A stretch of 64,000 nt of DNA, taken from Zootoca vivipara (Eukaryota). The notes beneath the pieces are model-generated. The model saw only the letters and a program-made list of their open reading frames with translations. It ran no database searches and was not told where the DNA came from. Positions 46,768 to 58,466 of the stretch are shown piece by piece (position 1 is the first letter of the stretch; every line of letters begins with the position of its first letter). The position numbers and the translations under genes are program-made. The stretch is taken from NCBI RefSeq assembly GCF_963506605.1, contig NC_083283.1:59458001-59522000 (forward strand). Reading direction: 5' to 3'.

Positions 46768-49700
46768 GTATGTATTCTATTCTCCCGTTTTGTAATAAAA
46801 ATTGTTTGTAGAGTTATTTGGCTCTCTCTCTTCTGGCAGTTCCCTCACTGTGGGTTGTGAAGTGACAGAGAACCAAGCAGAGTTCTGCCTGCCAACTATT
46901 TGATTTTTAGAAGCTATCTGAAAGCAGCCCTATATAATAATTTTTATTTTATTTTATTTTATTATTTATACCCTGCCCAACTGGCTGTGGTTCTCCAGCC
47001 ACAGGGAAGTTTTTAATGTCTGATGTTCTAATGTTTTTAATATTTTGTTGGGTGCTGTCCAGAGTGGCTGGGGCGACCCAGTCAGATGGGTGGCATTTAA
47101 ATATTAGTCGTAGTAGTCGTAGTTGTAGCAACCTGGATGGTTTCATTCATTGTTTGTTTGAAGCTGTCCTTTGCAATAGTTGTAGTGGTTAAAGGATTAC
47201 ACTTACCCATCCCAAGCTATGATTATGTTCCACTTGTATACTCAGTCAGTAAAAATAAGCTTAAGATAATTTCTTTTCTTCTGCAGTCTCCTAAAGAAGT
47301 ATATGGATATATTTCTCAATGGCAGGAGTGGATTGAAGATATTTTTCCCACTTTGTGGCAAAACCATTGAAATGAAATGGTAAATGAGCAGTGATTTACC
47401 AGACACACCTCTCGCTTTCAGAAACTTTATGTTAAAGGTAAAGGGACTCCTGACCATTAGGTCCAGGCGCAGACGACTCTGGGATTGTGGCGCTCATCTC
47501 GTGTTATTGGCCGAGGGAGCCGGCGTACAGCTTCTGGGTCATGTGGCCAGCATGACTAAGCTGCTTCTGGTGAACCAGAGCAGCGCACGGAAACACCATT
47601 TACCTTCCCGCCGAAGTGGTACCTATTTCTCTACTTGCACTTTGACGTGCTTTCGAACTGCTAGGTGGGCAGGAGCTGGGACCAAACAATGGGAGCTCAC
47701 CCCGTTGCGGGGATTCGAACTGCCGACCTTCTATTGGCAAGCCCTAGGCTCAGTGGTTTAACCCACAGTGCCACCTAGTAGCTTGTTTTTTAAAGGGGTT
47801 CTACTGAGTTGGAGGGGATACTGCTGCAATTTTAAATGCCTTAATGCTGTGCCTAGTCAATCCACAAGGGAATCCTGTGCATTCCCCATTGAAATGAATG
47901 AGATTTTGAGCAAGATTATGAGCACTCAGGCCAAGCTCTCAGCAGGTGTCCATAGGACTTGGCTGACCATTCCACAACCATAGAGAGGTATGATGCCTGG
48001 TGTTTGGAACAAATGGTAACCTGAAAACTAAGTTTGGGTATGGCTAAATGTTGTGATACAGGACTGTTCGGTCCGTCCAGATGCAAATGGGTTTGGGATG
48101 CATTAAGGTGGTCTGTCCGTGTTGGGTTCAAGTTTTTACTCAAATGCATCTTTTCATGCCTCTTTTATTTTGTAAGCCACAGACACTTGCACAACTTGTT
48201 ATACATCTCACTTTATATATGAAAGGAATAAGCAAACACTCAGAAAGAACATCCATGATGTTTGGACGAGAGGCAGATTTAGGGGAGTGTGCACTACCGG
48301 TAGGTGCAGAGCCCAGGGGCACTGCAGGAGGTTCTGTTATTTAGAATGGAACGTGAGAGGCAGAGGGGCACTAAATTTTGAGATCCCAGGTTCTGCCACC
48401 GTTGGAACAGAGCTGGTTTAGATGATAGGGAAGTGACTTTCAAAATTTAAAATTGAATGATTTTGCCAAATTTCATTGTGGTCCTTAAATCAGAGAAGAT
48501 GTCACCACCACACTTTGTATGTATGAATTTCTGTACATGGAGCCTTCCAGTCTCCACAGGCAAATGTGGAGAGCCCATGTCTTGAGATTCTTTGCCTTTA
48601 CATGTCTTCTCCTAGTCATAGATGTGTGCACCATTTTCATGAATGCCCAGGGTGTTAACTAAACTAGCAAGTGCGAAAAGAGGTCAGCTTAGAAAGTATC
48701 ATCTCAGAAAGAAAAGCAGTTTGCATGTGAACAGAAAAGGAGGTGGACACAATCTCTCATAGTTTCTCTGCTTCAAATTCCCTACTCCCAGTAGTACACT
48801 TCTTTGCTTTAAAAAGCAACAGTCCTGTGTAGACTTTGACCATTTTTTCTTTGTCTTTGTTTTAAAAAACAGTAATAAAGTGTAAGTAAACTTGCTGTCT
48901 TGTCAACACATAGGTTAGCTGACATGGGGCACCAAGTCATTGGCGTGGAAATCAGTGAAAGTGCACTGAAGGAGTTTTTCACAGAACAAAAACTTTCATT
49001 TTCGGAAGAAGCCATTCCAGGCATCACTGGTAAATTACTGAAGGTGTGTATTGGGGATCGAGGAGATGTTCATTTTAATGCGAATATACCCATTTCACAG
49101 TCCCTTAATCAATACAAGAACCAAAATGCAACTTTCTTTGAAAATTTGTATTTCTCCAAATTTCCCAGTGCAGTTTGTGGAAGCAAAAGTATGCATGGAA
49201 AGGTGTATATTAGTAAAAATAATATGCAGTACAGGGATGCATCACCAGGAGAAATTTCTGGCAGAAGTGCATACACTAGGTAAAAGTGCACACAAAAATA
49301 TGAATTTTAGGACAAATGCCAACAAAAATGCATACAATGTTTTGTGTGGATTTTTCAAAAAATAATTCACAAACTGATTCAGAAATGAGGTAAAATGGAT
49401 TTAAGTAACTCCATGCATTAGATTGTTTAATGGTTGCCTAACAAATAAAATAACAGTTAATGTTAATTTTCAATTAAAATATCTTACTAATTGTTCTTTC
49501 TGCCTTGTTGTTTTATTTAAATAATGCTAACTCAATGTTATCCCTATTTCTCACTGTAGAGCACAACTGGAAATATTTCTTTGTACTGCTGCAATATTTT
49601 TGATTTTACCAGGTAGGAACAAAATGATGACTCTGAATATTTCTGCAAATTAGAATGGTGCTAAGCTCTGTTTGATCTGAACCCATCAAATATTTCCTAA

Positions 49701-52700
49701 GAAATGAGGACAAACATTCAGAATATGCTGAATAGAGCATATTTCCCATCTTAATGTGGTAATTGCTTATGCATCATTATTTCCAGAACAGGGAAGTATC
49801 TTTTCCAATTAATTATGATTCACTTTCCAGTTTGCAAGATTAAATATCTCTTGTGAACACTGAACGTGCTTCAGTGCAGTTACATGTACACAGATTGCAA
49901 TACTATTGGCTAAGAATTATTGGTGCTGCCCATAATCTCTATAAAACTTACTGTTGACTTGAGTAGTATGTGGCCAGCAGCCCCAGACCTGATAGACAAG
50001 TTTCCCTAGCTGGGATTAAATCTCTGATCGGTCAATTTTGTTCCTAAAGAGAGTGGGCTGATTAGGTGGACCGAAATATGATCATCTCCTTTGTTTCAAC
50101 ATGAGATCTTTAAATAACATTGTATTAGTTTTACTCTCATCATTCCGTTTAGTAACTTAAGGAAATTCCTGGAATGAAAGTTTCCATCTCCTCCTCACCC
50201 TAGCAGCTCCCTGCATGCTCTGCATACCCCAAAAAGCCTCTAAGGAGGATTGGACATCCTCTTGAACAACGTGGGATGGGACACAGGGGAATGCTGAAAG
50301 GGGAAGGATAAGTCAAAAGCAGAAAAAGTTCATTCCACGAACTTGTTTTTGTTCATGGAAGGCGTGGACACTTTCATATGGGGCGGTTGCTTGACCCATG
50401 TTTATAGGACGCAGTCTGCTCATTTTGACCTTCAGCTTCATTGAATGCTCTGGATGAAGATCCCAATTGCATCATCTGGGTGGCTCTTGCTTAAGCAGAC
50501 AGAGAGCTCTGTGCAGTAATTTAAAACCCCACGCCTCTTTTATGCAACATCTGTCTTTCCTGTCTAGATCGTAAAACTAGATCGTAAAACTATGCAATGC
50601 TTCTTCCCTCTCTCCTTCTCCTTGTAGCGCCATCACTGGCAAGTTCGATGCGATTTGGGATAGGGGATCTCTAGTAGCTGTTAACCCTTGTGACAGAGAA
50701 CGGTTAGTAACTATTGCTGAAATTTATGCTCTGTTGATGTCAGGGCAGTCTCGAGCAGGTCGCGCGCCCTGGTGCTGAGGGGCGGAGATCGCTCCGGTGC
50801 CCCCGCCCTCGCAGGGCGCAGCATGGCTTCCCCGCGCCACCGGGACTCTACCTAGAGCTGGCCCTGGTTGATGTTGAGACCTACTCTCCATCCTTTGCTA
50901 AAGCCTCTGGCTTTAAGGAAAGAATAATTTCCTCTTTGGCATCATTGAATAACTTGTACAAGCCACTCTGCCACTTGAGGCTACTTTAATAACTGAATAC
51001 CCAGTTCCATAATAAATGGAATAGCAATGGAAATCCCTGGCTTGTTGAAGTTAAACCTAAAGCAGTTGCTTCACACACTAGTCCAACAGTGCAGGGGGAA
51101 TGCACCAGGCAAGGGGCCACATGGAGTGTGGGTGAAGTGCTCCTTTTCAGGCCAGAAGGCCTGACCTTCTAAGGGTCTCTAGTTTTGCAAATGGGGCAGC
51201 GCCTACGAGAGGTGAACTGGAGGCAGAGGCTCAGGTTTGTCCAGTTCCCATTCTGCAACAATTCCCATTCTGTACTCTGTTGTTACAGAGCTCCACTAAC
51301 AATGAACCCACATGCTAGATTTGGGGAGTTAATAAAGCTTTGTTACAGTGGCCCTGCAATGGAGATTTGTTACAGTGCTGGGGAATCCTTTCTTTGTTAG
51401 GGAGATTGCTTGTTAATGGCCCAAAATGACTGGTAGAGCATGTTTCCTTGATGAGAACAAATGAGTGGAAAAACTGAGTGGAGTAGCAAATCTGCTACTT
51501 CCATAGAAGAGCAAATGCTGCTTTTCTCCAGTTAGCATTTATCTATTTGTAAATAAACCAAGTATTTTTAAAAGTCTGTAACATTAAAGTTCCCTCTCCT
51601 CCAAAGGGAATTGAATCCAGGAAGGTCTTACTGCTTGGGGAAGTGGGAACTATGTGGTTGTGTTAAAATCCACTGCCTGCAGTAACACAATGTTTGGGCT
51701 TCTTAATTTTCTTTTTAGCTATAGCCAGTTGATATTATCACTAATGGGCAGCAGGTGTCATTGTCTACTAGTAACCTGTTTATATGACCCGAGCAAACAT
51801 AAAGGTAAGATATTATGGCTGACATTGACATTGACATTGTGAAGATCCTACTTATGAATCATGCAAGCTGGTTTCTGGGGAAGGGGTGACCTTTTGTGAC
51901 TAGAAATGATTATGAAACTCAGGCATGGGCCCAACGTGAGATTTTGAGGCAGAACACTTTCAGCAAGACTGAAAAGTCACATTTCCCAAATGTCTGTTGG
52001 TCTGTGACCCCAGTGCACATTTGATTTTCTCCATTATTACTTGCCTACTTTTTCATTCTAAAATTGGGCTCCAGGCAACTTATAAAAATTCTAGTTAAAA
52101 TACAATGGAGAAGGTTGTAGCTCAGCAGTAGAGCACCTGCTTTGCATGCAGAAAGTCCCGGGTTCAATCCCTGGCTGGAAATGGCCCTGTGTGAAATCTA
52201 AACAGCTGCTGCCAGATGTAGGCAATACTCAGCATGAGTCTGCTTTCTATGTTCCTAATTCAATGCAAAAACAAGATAGCGGGTCAAGGGATAACAACAT
52301 AAAATAATGCACAATCCAAGTGTTTGTGGATTTCTACTGCCAGTTGATTGCAAAAAGATGCAATTAAGGTTAATATTTAGGGATCAGGAGCAAGCCACTG
52401 TACAAGCCTTACCCATGCAATTTCCCACTTTCTCATAAATTGCACCTATCCATCTTAACTAGTTTTGGCAGTACAAGTGGCCTTCACCAAACTGGCTTGA
52501 AATTGAACAGGTTGCATATGTAAACTTGTGTAGGGTTCTTAAAGTGAGTTTATGGCCAGACTTAGTTTGATTTTCCTTTATTAATTGGTTGGTTTCTTTT
52601 TCAGGTCCACCCTTCTATGTTCCTGATTCTGAAGTGAAACATTTATTTGGTGAGTCAGCTGAGCAATGGTTTTGACTTCTGTCAAAATGCATGTGGCAGA

Positions 52701-54327
52701 CCCAGCATGCATTCACGATGTAGGAACAAACTGGGCATTTTTCCACTGACAAAAGACAGTGACGCTGTTTGAGAATGTTTGCTTCCTAAGCAGAATCCAA
52801 TGGCATGCGGAGTCTGAAAATAGACACCAGAAATTTATCAGAGCCCTCAAAAACCATTACTTCCCCAATTTCTTTTCCTTTTTTTTTGCTGATTATTTTG
52901 TGCTAGGGAAAAGAAACTTGAACCTGTACGTCTAGTCTGACAGATCCTGCCTCCTTGTGATGCAAGGTTACCTTCAATACAGAGCCCTAGTAATTTAACC
53001 TAAATCCTTGGACCATTCCTTATTCTCTTTAAACATTTCAGATTGCCTACCTGCACATAAAGGTGGCATCCTTCATCTTGCTTCTCCCTAATTTCTTTAG
53101 ACAATGCCTGCTCTGTGGATTTGAGCATGGTGGTGCTGTTTCAGTTTCATCTAAGTCTGTATCCAGCCTATGCGATCTGCACATCGTCACACAATTCTCT
53201 CCACTGCTGTCAGCAGATGCAGGAGTTATGCCCTGATAAAAAATACTGGTTCTGCTTTCCCTGTCACTCCCAGGAGTGCTGTGACTGCCTACTCTGGTTT
53301 CTTACTGCACAATATGTGTACAGAGGGTAATGTGATCACTGTATACAAGTATCAGAGTGTTTTGTAAATGCAGCCTCACTGTGTGTGTTTGTATCCCGTA
53401 GCCATTTTATCATATACGTGAACAATGCAGTGTGCCTTTTTTGCTCGCGTGATTTGGAGTCAAACTGTGCAGGCAAAGGAACATATTTCACCTGCCTTTA
53501 GATTAACCACAGTTTGTCGGGTATGGATGACCTGACAAGCAGCAGCTAATCTAAACTGGAAGGGAAAGCTTCCAAGCTCCTCAAGGCTACACAGAAGAAA
53601 AAGGTGGGGGGCACACTAAACTTGATGTGGCTAATTCTCATCATGCTCAACTATTATTTGGCTCAGGGGTAGCCAGTGTGGTGTTCTCCAAGTACCGTGG
53701 ACTACAACTCCCAAATCAGTTCCAGCCAGCATGGGATGATGGGAGTTGTAGTCCATCACCTCGGGAGGGTGCCACATTGACTAACTTTGTTTTAGCATGG
53801 CATCCAAATGAGACCATCCATGGCTGTTGTGAGGGCTTAACTTCTACTTGCTTAATTTTAATCAAGTAATGAATGAATGGCCCAAGTGAGAAGACTTTGC
53901 ATCTAACAAAAGTAAAGGTAAAGGACCCCTGACCATTAGGTCCAGTCGTGACCGACTCTAGGATTGCGTGTTCATCTTGCATTATTGGCTGAGGGAGCCG
54001 GCGTATAGCTTCCAGGTCATGTGGCCAGCATGACAAAGCCGCTTCTGGCAAACCAGAGCAGCACATGGAAACGCCGTTTACCTTCCCGCTGTAGCGGTTC
54101 CTATTTATCTACTTGCATTTTGACGTGCTTTCAAACATCCTTGGCAAAACACAAAGCAAACTTTACTTGTCCATCTCTAGATAGATCAGTAATTTGTTCT
54201 TACTTTCCTTTCAGGCAAATCCTGTGATATTACATGTCTTGAAAAAGTCGATGGCTTACTAGAGAGGCCTAAGAAGTGGGGTTTAGATTACTTTTGGGAG
54301 GTGCTATACATGCTTGTGTTAAAATAG
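46628..54327 (+). CDS. TPMT: Thiopurine S-methyltransferase, join(46628-46767,47287-47379,48914-49043,49560-49612,50628-50702,51719-51804,52605-52649,54215-54327), 735 nt, 244 aa
   Basis: Motifs [71 protein letters not shown]. All exon phases are compatible. Confidence 0.96.
46941..47105. mobile_element. Two L2 3'-end fragments in opposite orientation
   Basis: 46941-47002 matches the L2 tail on minus; 47003-47105 matches it on plus. Confidence 0.7.
47287..47379 (+). CDS. TPMT: TPMT coding exon 2
   Basis: [30 protein letters not shown]. Confidence 0.95.
47433..47775 (-). mobile_element. Sauria SINE, near full length
   Basis: taaaggtaaagggactcctgaccattagg...ggattcgaac...cacagtgccacc; colinear with 62996-63350. 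Confidence 0.9.
48914..49043 (+). CDS. TPMT: TPMT coding exon 3
   Basis: [25 protein letters not shown]...GKLLK. Confidence 0.94.
49560..49612 (+). CDS. TPMT: TPMT coding exon 4
   Basis: [17 protein letters not shown]. Confidence 0.93.
50628..50702 (+). CDS. TPMT: TPMT coding exon 5
   Basis: [24 protein letters not shown]. Confidence 0.95.
50741..50866. mobile_element. GC-rich non-autonomous hAT element (126 bp), Tip100/MER45-like termini
   Basis: CAGGGC...GCCCTG termini; perfect TSD GTTGATGT; starts 38 bp into a TPMT intron. Confidence 0.85.
51719..51804 (+). CDS. TPMT: TPMT coding exon 6
   Basis: [28 protein letters not shown]. Confidence 0.93.
52107..52257 (+). mobile_element. tRNA(Ala)-derived SINE remnant
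   Basis: tgtagctcagcagtagagcacctgctttgcatgcagaaagtcccgggttcaatccctggc has A and B boxes but a broken acceptor stem; continues into SINE-like body and ttctatgttcct tail. Confidence 0.65.
52605..52649 (+). CDS. TPMT: TPMT coding exon 7
   Basis: [14 protein letters not shown]. Confidence 0.94.
53909..54136 (-). mobile_element. Sauria SINE, 5'-truncated
   Basis: Near-identical to 62996-63224; ends about 80 bp before the last TPMT acceptor. Confidence 0.88.
54215..54327 (+). CDS. TPMT: TPMT last coding exon
   Basis: [36 protein letters not shown]. Confidence 0.94.
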
Positions 54328-55764
54328 CCAAGAAGATAACAAGCATCTTAGGCTGCAGGTCTGTACTCAATTACTTTGAAATGAGTCCCACTGAATGAAG
54401 AACTCTTCAGAGTAAACACGTATAAGATTTTCCTGTTAAACGTGGGAGGGTGGCAGTTCAATTACAGAACATTTGAACATTTTGCACCTTCAAAATGAAT
54501 AATTCTCTAGCTATTAGATTCCACTTATAAAAATCTGTACTTCAAACTCATTTTATGTGAATTTCCATATAAAAGTCACATTAATTTTTGTCTGTTTTGC
54601 CTTCTGAATTATTTCACTATAAATACAGTTTTGCAAAGTTGTCAACCTCAGCCTTATTCTACCTAGTACTCAAATACTGTGAAGAGGTAGTCTCCTTAGC
54701 TATATTAATACTTATCAGCAGACATGTATAGGGTTGCTGTATTTAGAGAGATGTATTGCTTTATAATCGCCAGCTTTCCAGTTTTAGGAGATCCTTTCAC
54801 AAGGTCTGCTTCAATTTAAGAAAAGGATACTGGTGACATACTGGAGTTAAGAGTTGTTGCTGTTATTTTTTGTACCATTTTTTGTTTAAAAACTTACAGG
54901 TTGAGCAGGAGGAAGCAAGCACACACCCAGATAGATTGTACTACTTTTGTGACAGCATCAGCTCATCCCTAATATTTGATAAATTCCTAACCCCACATGT
55001 CACCACCAAACCATGAAATCAGCAATACTGAAGGTAAATTATCAGCAAAGCAGTAGGAAATTTTATACTCCTGATTTCTGTAGGTTACAATGGAGACAGC
55101 TTCAAGCTGTCAATTTCAGGGTACAGTCTGGGTGTAGTGAACACATCCTAGTGGAAGCTGCTTCATACTTTATGTGACATTCATACCTGCTATGGGTACA
55201 TGAGCATTTCCTACAGCAAACATGTAATGTGTAAGGGTAGACAGAGTTCTGTTTGTTTGAAACCTTTTTACACCACTCTTCAGTCAAAAAAAAAAAACCT
55301 CTTGGTACAGCAGACATAAGCTTAATCACAAAAAGTAGCTACTTCCCACAGGATTACAATGGAAAGCACCTGATGCAAAAGGAGAAATGGATGAGGAGTA
55401 AAGGGTGGGAGGGTGGAAGAGACAACGAAGTCAGGCACCAGCTCCTAAAGTTACAACATTATTACAATCACCAGCTGGTTAAGAGAGTGTAGGAGCCAAA
55501 CAGAGCTGGCCTCTCAGCAGAGCCACAAACACTTGACAACACGGAGCATTTTCAGGGGAACGGCAGCAAATCAAGGCTTCCTGAGGTGTATGTCTGCTCC
55601 TCTTACTGTGTTTTCACTAACGTTTCCTGAAATAATTTAGCCATTAGGAAACATTAAAACCATAGAAAAGTGTGAAGCGCTTCTGATTCAGAAACCTTGA
55701 ATGGATCAAACCACATGAGGTATGTAGCCACTCCTCCTTTGCCTCACTGAGTTATCACTTAAAC

Positions 55765-56162
55765 CAGGCATTCCCAATTTATTTTGGGCCCACTACCTGC
55801 TTGGTTCCGTAAACTCATCCCCAGTGCCCCTTACCCTATAAAAAGCAGCACTCAGACCCTGCAAGGATCCCTCTAGGAAGTTAATAACACAATGAAATTC
55901 AAAACAGTGACAATTAATTGCAGCATTGGATTCAGAATCCAGTTAAAACTAAAATTGATTAACTTGATCCAGTGTTACTAGCTATTCAAAGTCTGATAGT
56001 CTAGGGTTGCCATACATCCAGACATATCCGGAATACCGCATTTGTCAGCAGTGTCCTTGCAGAAATCAGTCAAATGTCTGGGAAAATTCGGGTGTATGTC
56101 AGATTTCCCCTTAAAATGACTTCGTCCCCTTGCCTCTTAGTGGCCTCCTTTGGGAACCACTG
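55765..56162. mobile_element. Non-autonomous hAT element containing a fragment of another (TAGGGTTGCCA-type) element from about 56002
   Basis: Termini CAGGCATTCCCAA / TTGGGAACCACTG; TSD ACTTAAAC / GCTTAAAC. Confidence 0.65.
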
Positions 56163-56799
56163 GCTTAAACCAATAGAACAGCGCAGTGCAGGCATTATTA
56201 GTTCAGTTGCCAGAATGGCTGGTGTCATTCATTACCTGAATTGTTGCCTTGTGTTATGAACCCTTCTGATTCAGCTGTTCCCTCTGCTTCTGCCATTCCA
56301 TACCTTTATTATGAGCGTCTTTTCCATACTGTGAAGAAAACCCTGCAGCTGAGGAAACAGCTGCTGCCACAAGAACCCTTTCTTTTGCCGGGGGGGGGGG
56401 GGTTGAGAGGCACCAGCCAGGAGAAGCAGCTGGTGGCACATGTAGCAAGAGAGCACTCCCCCCCCCCCTATTCCACCCGGGTGCTTTTCCATGGGAAAAT
56501 GGAGCAGCATTCTGCCAAGGAAAAAAAGGCTGCCTGTCATTTGGAAACAGTGCCAAACAGGGCTGGGATAGTCACTTGGCTTGAATGAGAAACTAAGTTG
56601 AGATTTTATCAAGAATGGCAACTTAAATGAGGCAGGGCCGGACTTTAAAAAAGAACAGTTGATTGATAAACCATTATTCGCTCAACCCCACTAGGAAGGT
56701 CCCTTGTAAGGCATTGAAATAGTATTTTTGTCCATGGGAAAGGGGTAGGAATTTAAGGTGCAACAGGCATGGCTAGGGTTCTGTGCAACCTCCCAAAAG

Positions 56800-57134
56800 C
56801 TTTGGATTTGATATCCCGCTTTATCACTACCCGAAGGAGTCTCAAAGCGGCTAACAATCTCCTTTCCCCTCCTCCCCCACAACAGACACCCTGTGAGGTG
56901 GGTGGGGCTGAGAGACTTCAGAGAAGTGTGACTAGCCCAAGGCATAGCTGCCAAGTTATCCCTTTTTTACAGGGATTTTCCCTTATGCTGAATAGGCTTC
57001 CTCGCGAGAAAAGCGAAAACTTGGCAGCTATGGCCCAAGGTCACCCAGCAGCTGCATGTGGAGGAGCGGAGACGCAAACCCGGTTCCCCAGATTACGAGT
57101 CTACCGCTCTTAACCACTACACCACACTGGCTCT
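56800..57134 (-). mobile_element. Squam3-like tRNA-derived SINE, interrupted by a MITE
   Basis: Minus-strand head gagagccagtgtggtgtagtggttaagagcggtagactcgtaatctggggaaccggg; MIR-like core ctgggtgaccttgggc. Confidence 0.85.
56943..57032. mobile_element. 90-bp MITE with perfect 15-bp TIRs
   Basis: CATAGCTGCCAAGTT / AACTTGGCAGCTATG; perfect 8-bp TSD GCCCAAGG. Confidence 0.92.
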
Positions 57135-57292
57135 CTTTGTTAAACACACACACACACAGGAGGCACTGTGCTTTTTAATCAATTAAAATATATCTGAAGC
57201 GATCCAGAACATGTCAAGCTGCACTCACACCCACACAAATATTCTGTCTGCTATGCAACGGTTAAAAGAATAGGATAATAATTAATAAAAAT

Positions 57293-57362
57293 AATAATTT
57301 ATTATTTATACCCTACCAATTTGGCTAGGTCTTCCCAAGCACTCTGAATGGCTCCCAACAGA

Positions 57363-57417
<55 letters not shown>

Positions 57418-57642
57418 CGATAAAACATCAAACATTAAAAACTTCCCTAAACAAGGCTGCCTTCAGATGTCTTCTACAAGTCAGATAGTTGTTTATTTTC
57501 TTGACATCTGATGGGAGGGAGTTCCACAGGGCGGGAGCCACTACCGAGAAGGCCCTCTGCCTAGTTTCCTGAAACTTCACTTCTTGCAGTGAGGGAACTG
57601 CCAGAAGGCCCTCAGCGCTAGACGTCAGTGTGCGGGCTGAAT
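57293..57642 (-). mobile_element. L2-clade LINE 3' fragment with internal (AAT)18
   Basis: Colinear with 26640-26945; microsatellite at 57363-57416. Confidence 0.82.
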
Positions 57643-58466
57643 GATAGGAGCCACTCCATGGGGATGGGAGGAGAATGAAGTCAGGAGGACAAAAGGGGCA
57701 GCAACTGGGGGAAGAGGAAGCACCAGCAGCAGGAAAGAGAGGACAAAGTTAGATATAAGTAGATCTAGAAGATAGTGAGACAGCAAATTTGCAAAATAAA
57801 TAGGAGTCAGCCACAAGGGCAGCCTTAGGTCAATGGTGTACCTGATCTCTCTCTAAATAATTAATAATCCCTCTCTTAAAAAAAAAAAACACTACCAAAA
57901 TGGTCGGCTTTGGTTATACCTGAGGACAGAGTCTCTAGTAAATCTATAAATGTTTCTCATGCTGAAGTACGCAAGACAGCCAACACCTTTGAAACCAACT
58001 TTACATCCTGCCTCTGCCCCCACCATTTCTTTGTTTTAGTGGACTTTAACTGAATAGTGATCCTCGAGAAGTGGAATGGTACAGTAACCCCAAACATGCT
58101 GGATTCAATTTCTACGGGTAATGATGGGCACCGTACCAATGTTCAGGTTCATATTGCAATTGAATCAGGAGCATATTTATTCCCATTTCCACAAGCTAAA
58201 AATAAACACATGGAAAGATAAGGTGAATACATGAATGGCAGGTGCCCTTGTGAATCTGTTGCTTTATTGTAAAGTTTCCTCAAGGGGGCAGCAAACTACA
58301 ACCAACGCTGCCATTGCGGAATATAGCTGTCGAGTTCACTGCACTCACTCTGCCCGAAGGCCTCTCTCTCTCTCTCTGATGTAAGAGGGTCTTGTGACTG
58401 CACCCACGTGACCAGATGGCCTAGGACACCACCAGCAGAGCAACAATCCTCTTAAGAGTTGCACAA

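Noticed and set aside
50564-50592. 13-bp tandem duplication CTAGATCGTAAAA x2 upstream of TPMT coding exon 5
   Set aside because: Ordinary slippage duplication; the polypyrimidine tract and acceptor are intact.
52107-52175. tRNA-Ala(TGC)-like sequence
   Set aside because: The acceptor stem does not pair and the sequence continues into a SINE body; it is a SINE head, not a tRNA gene.
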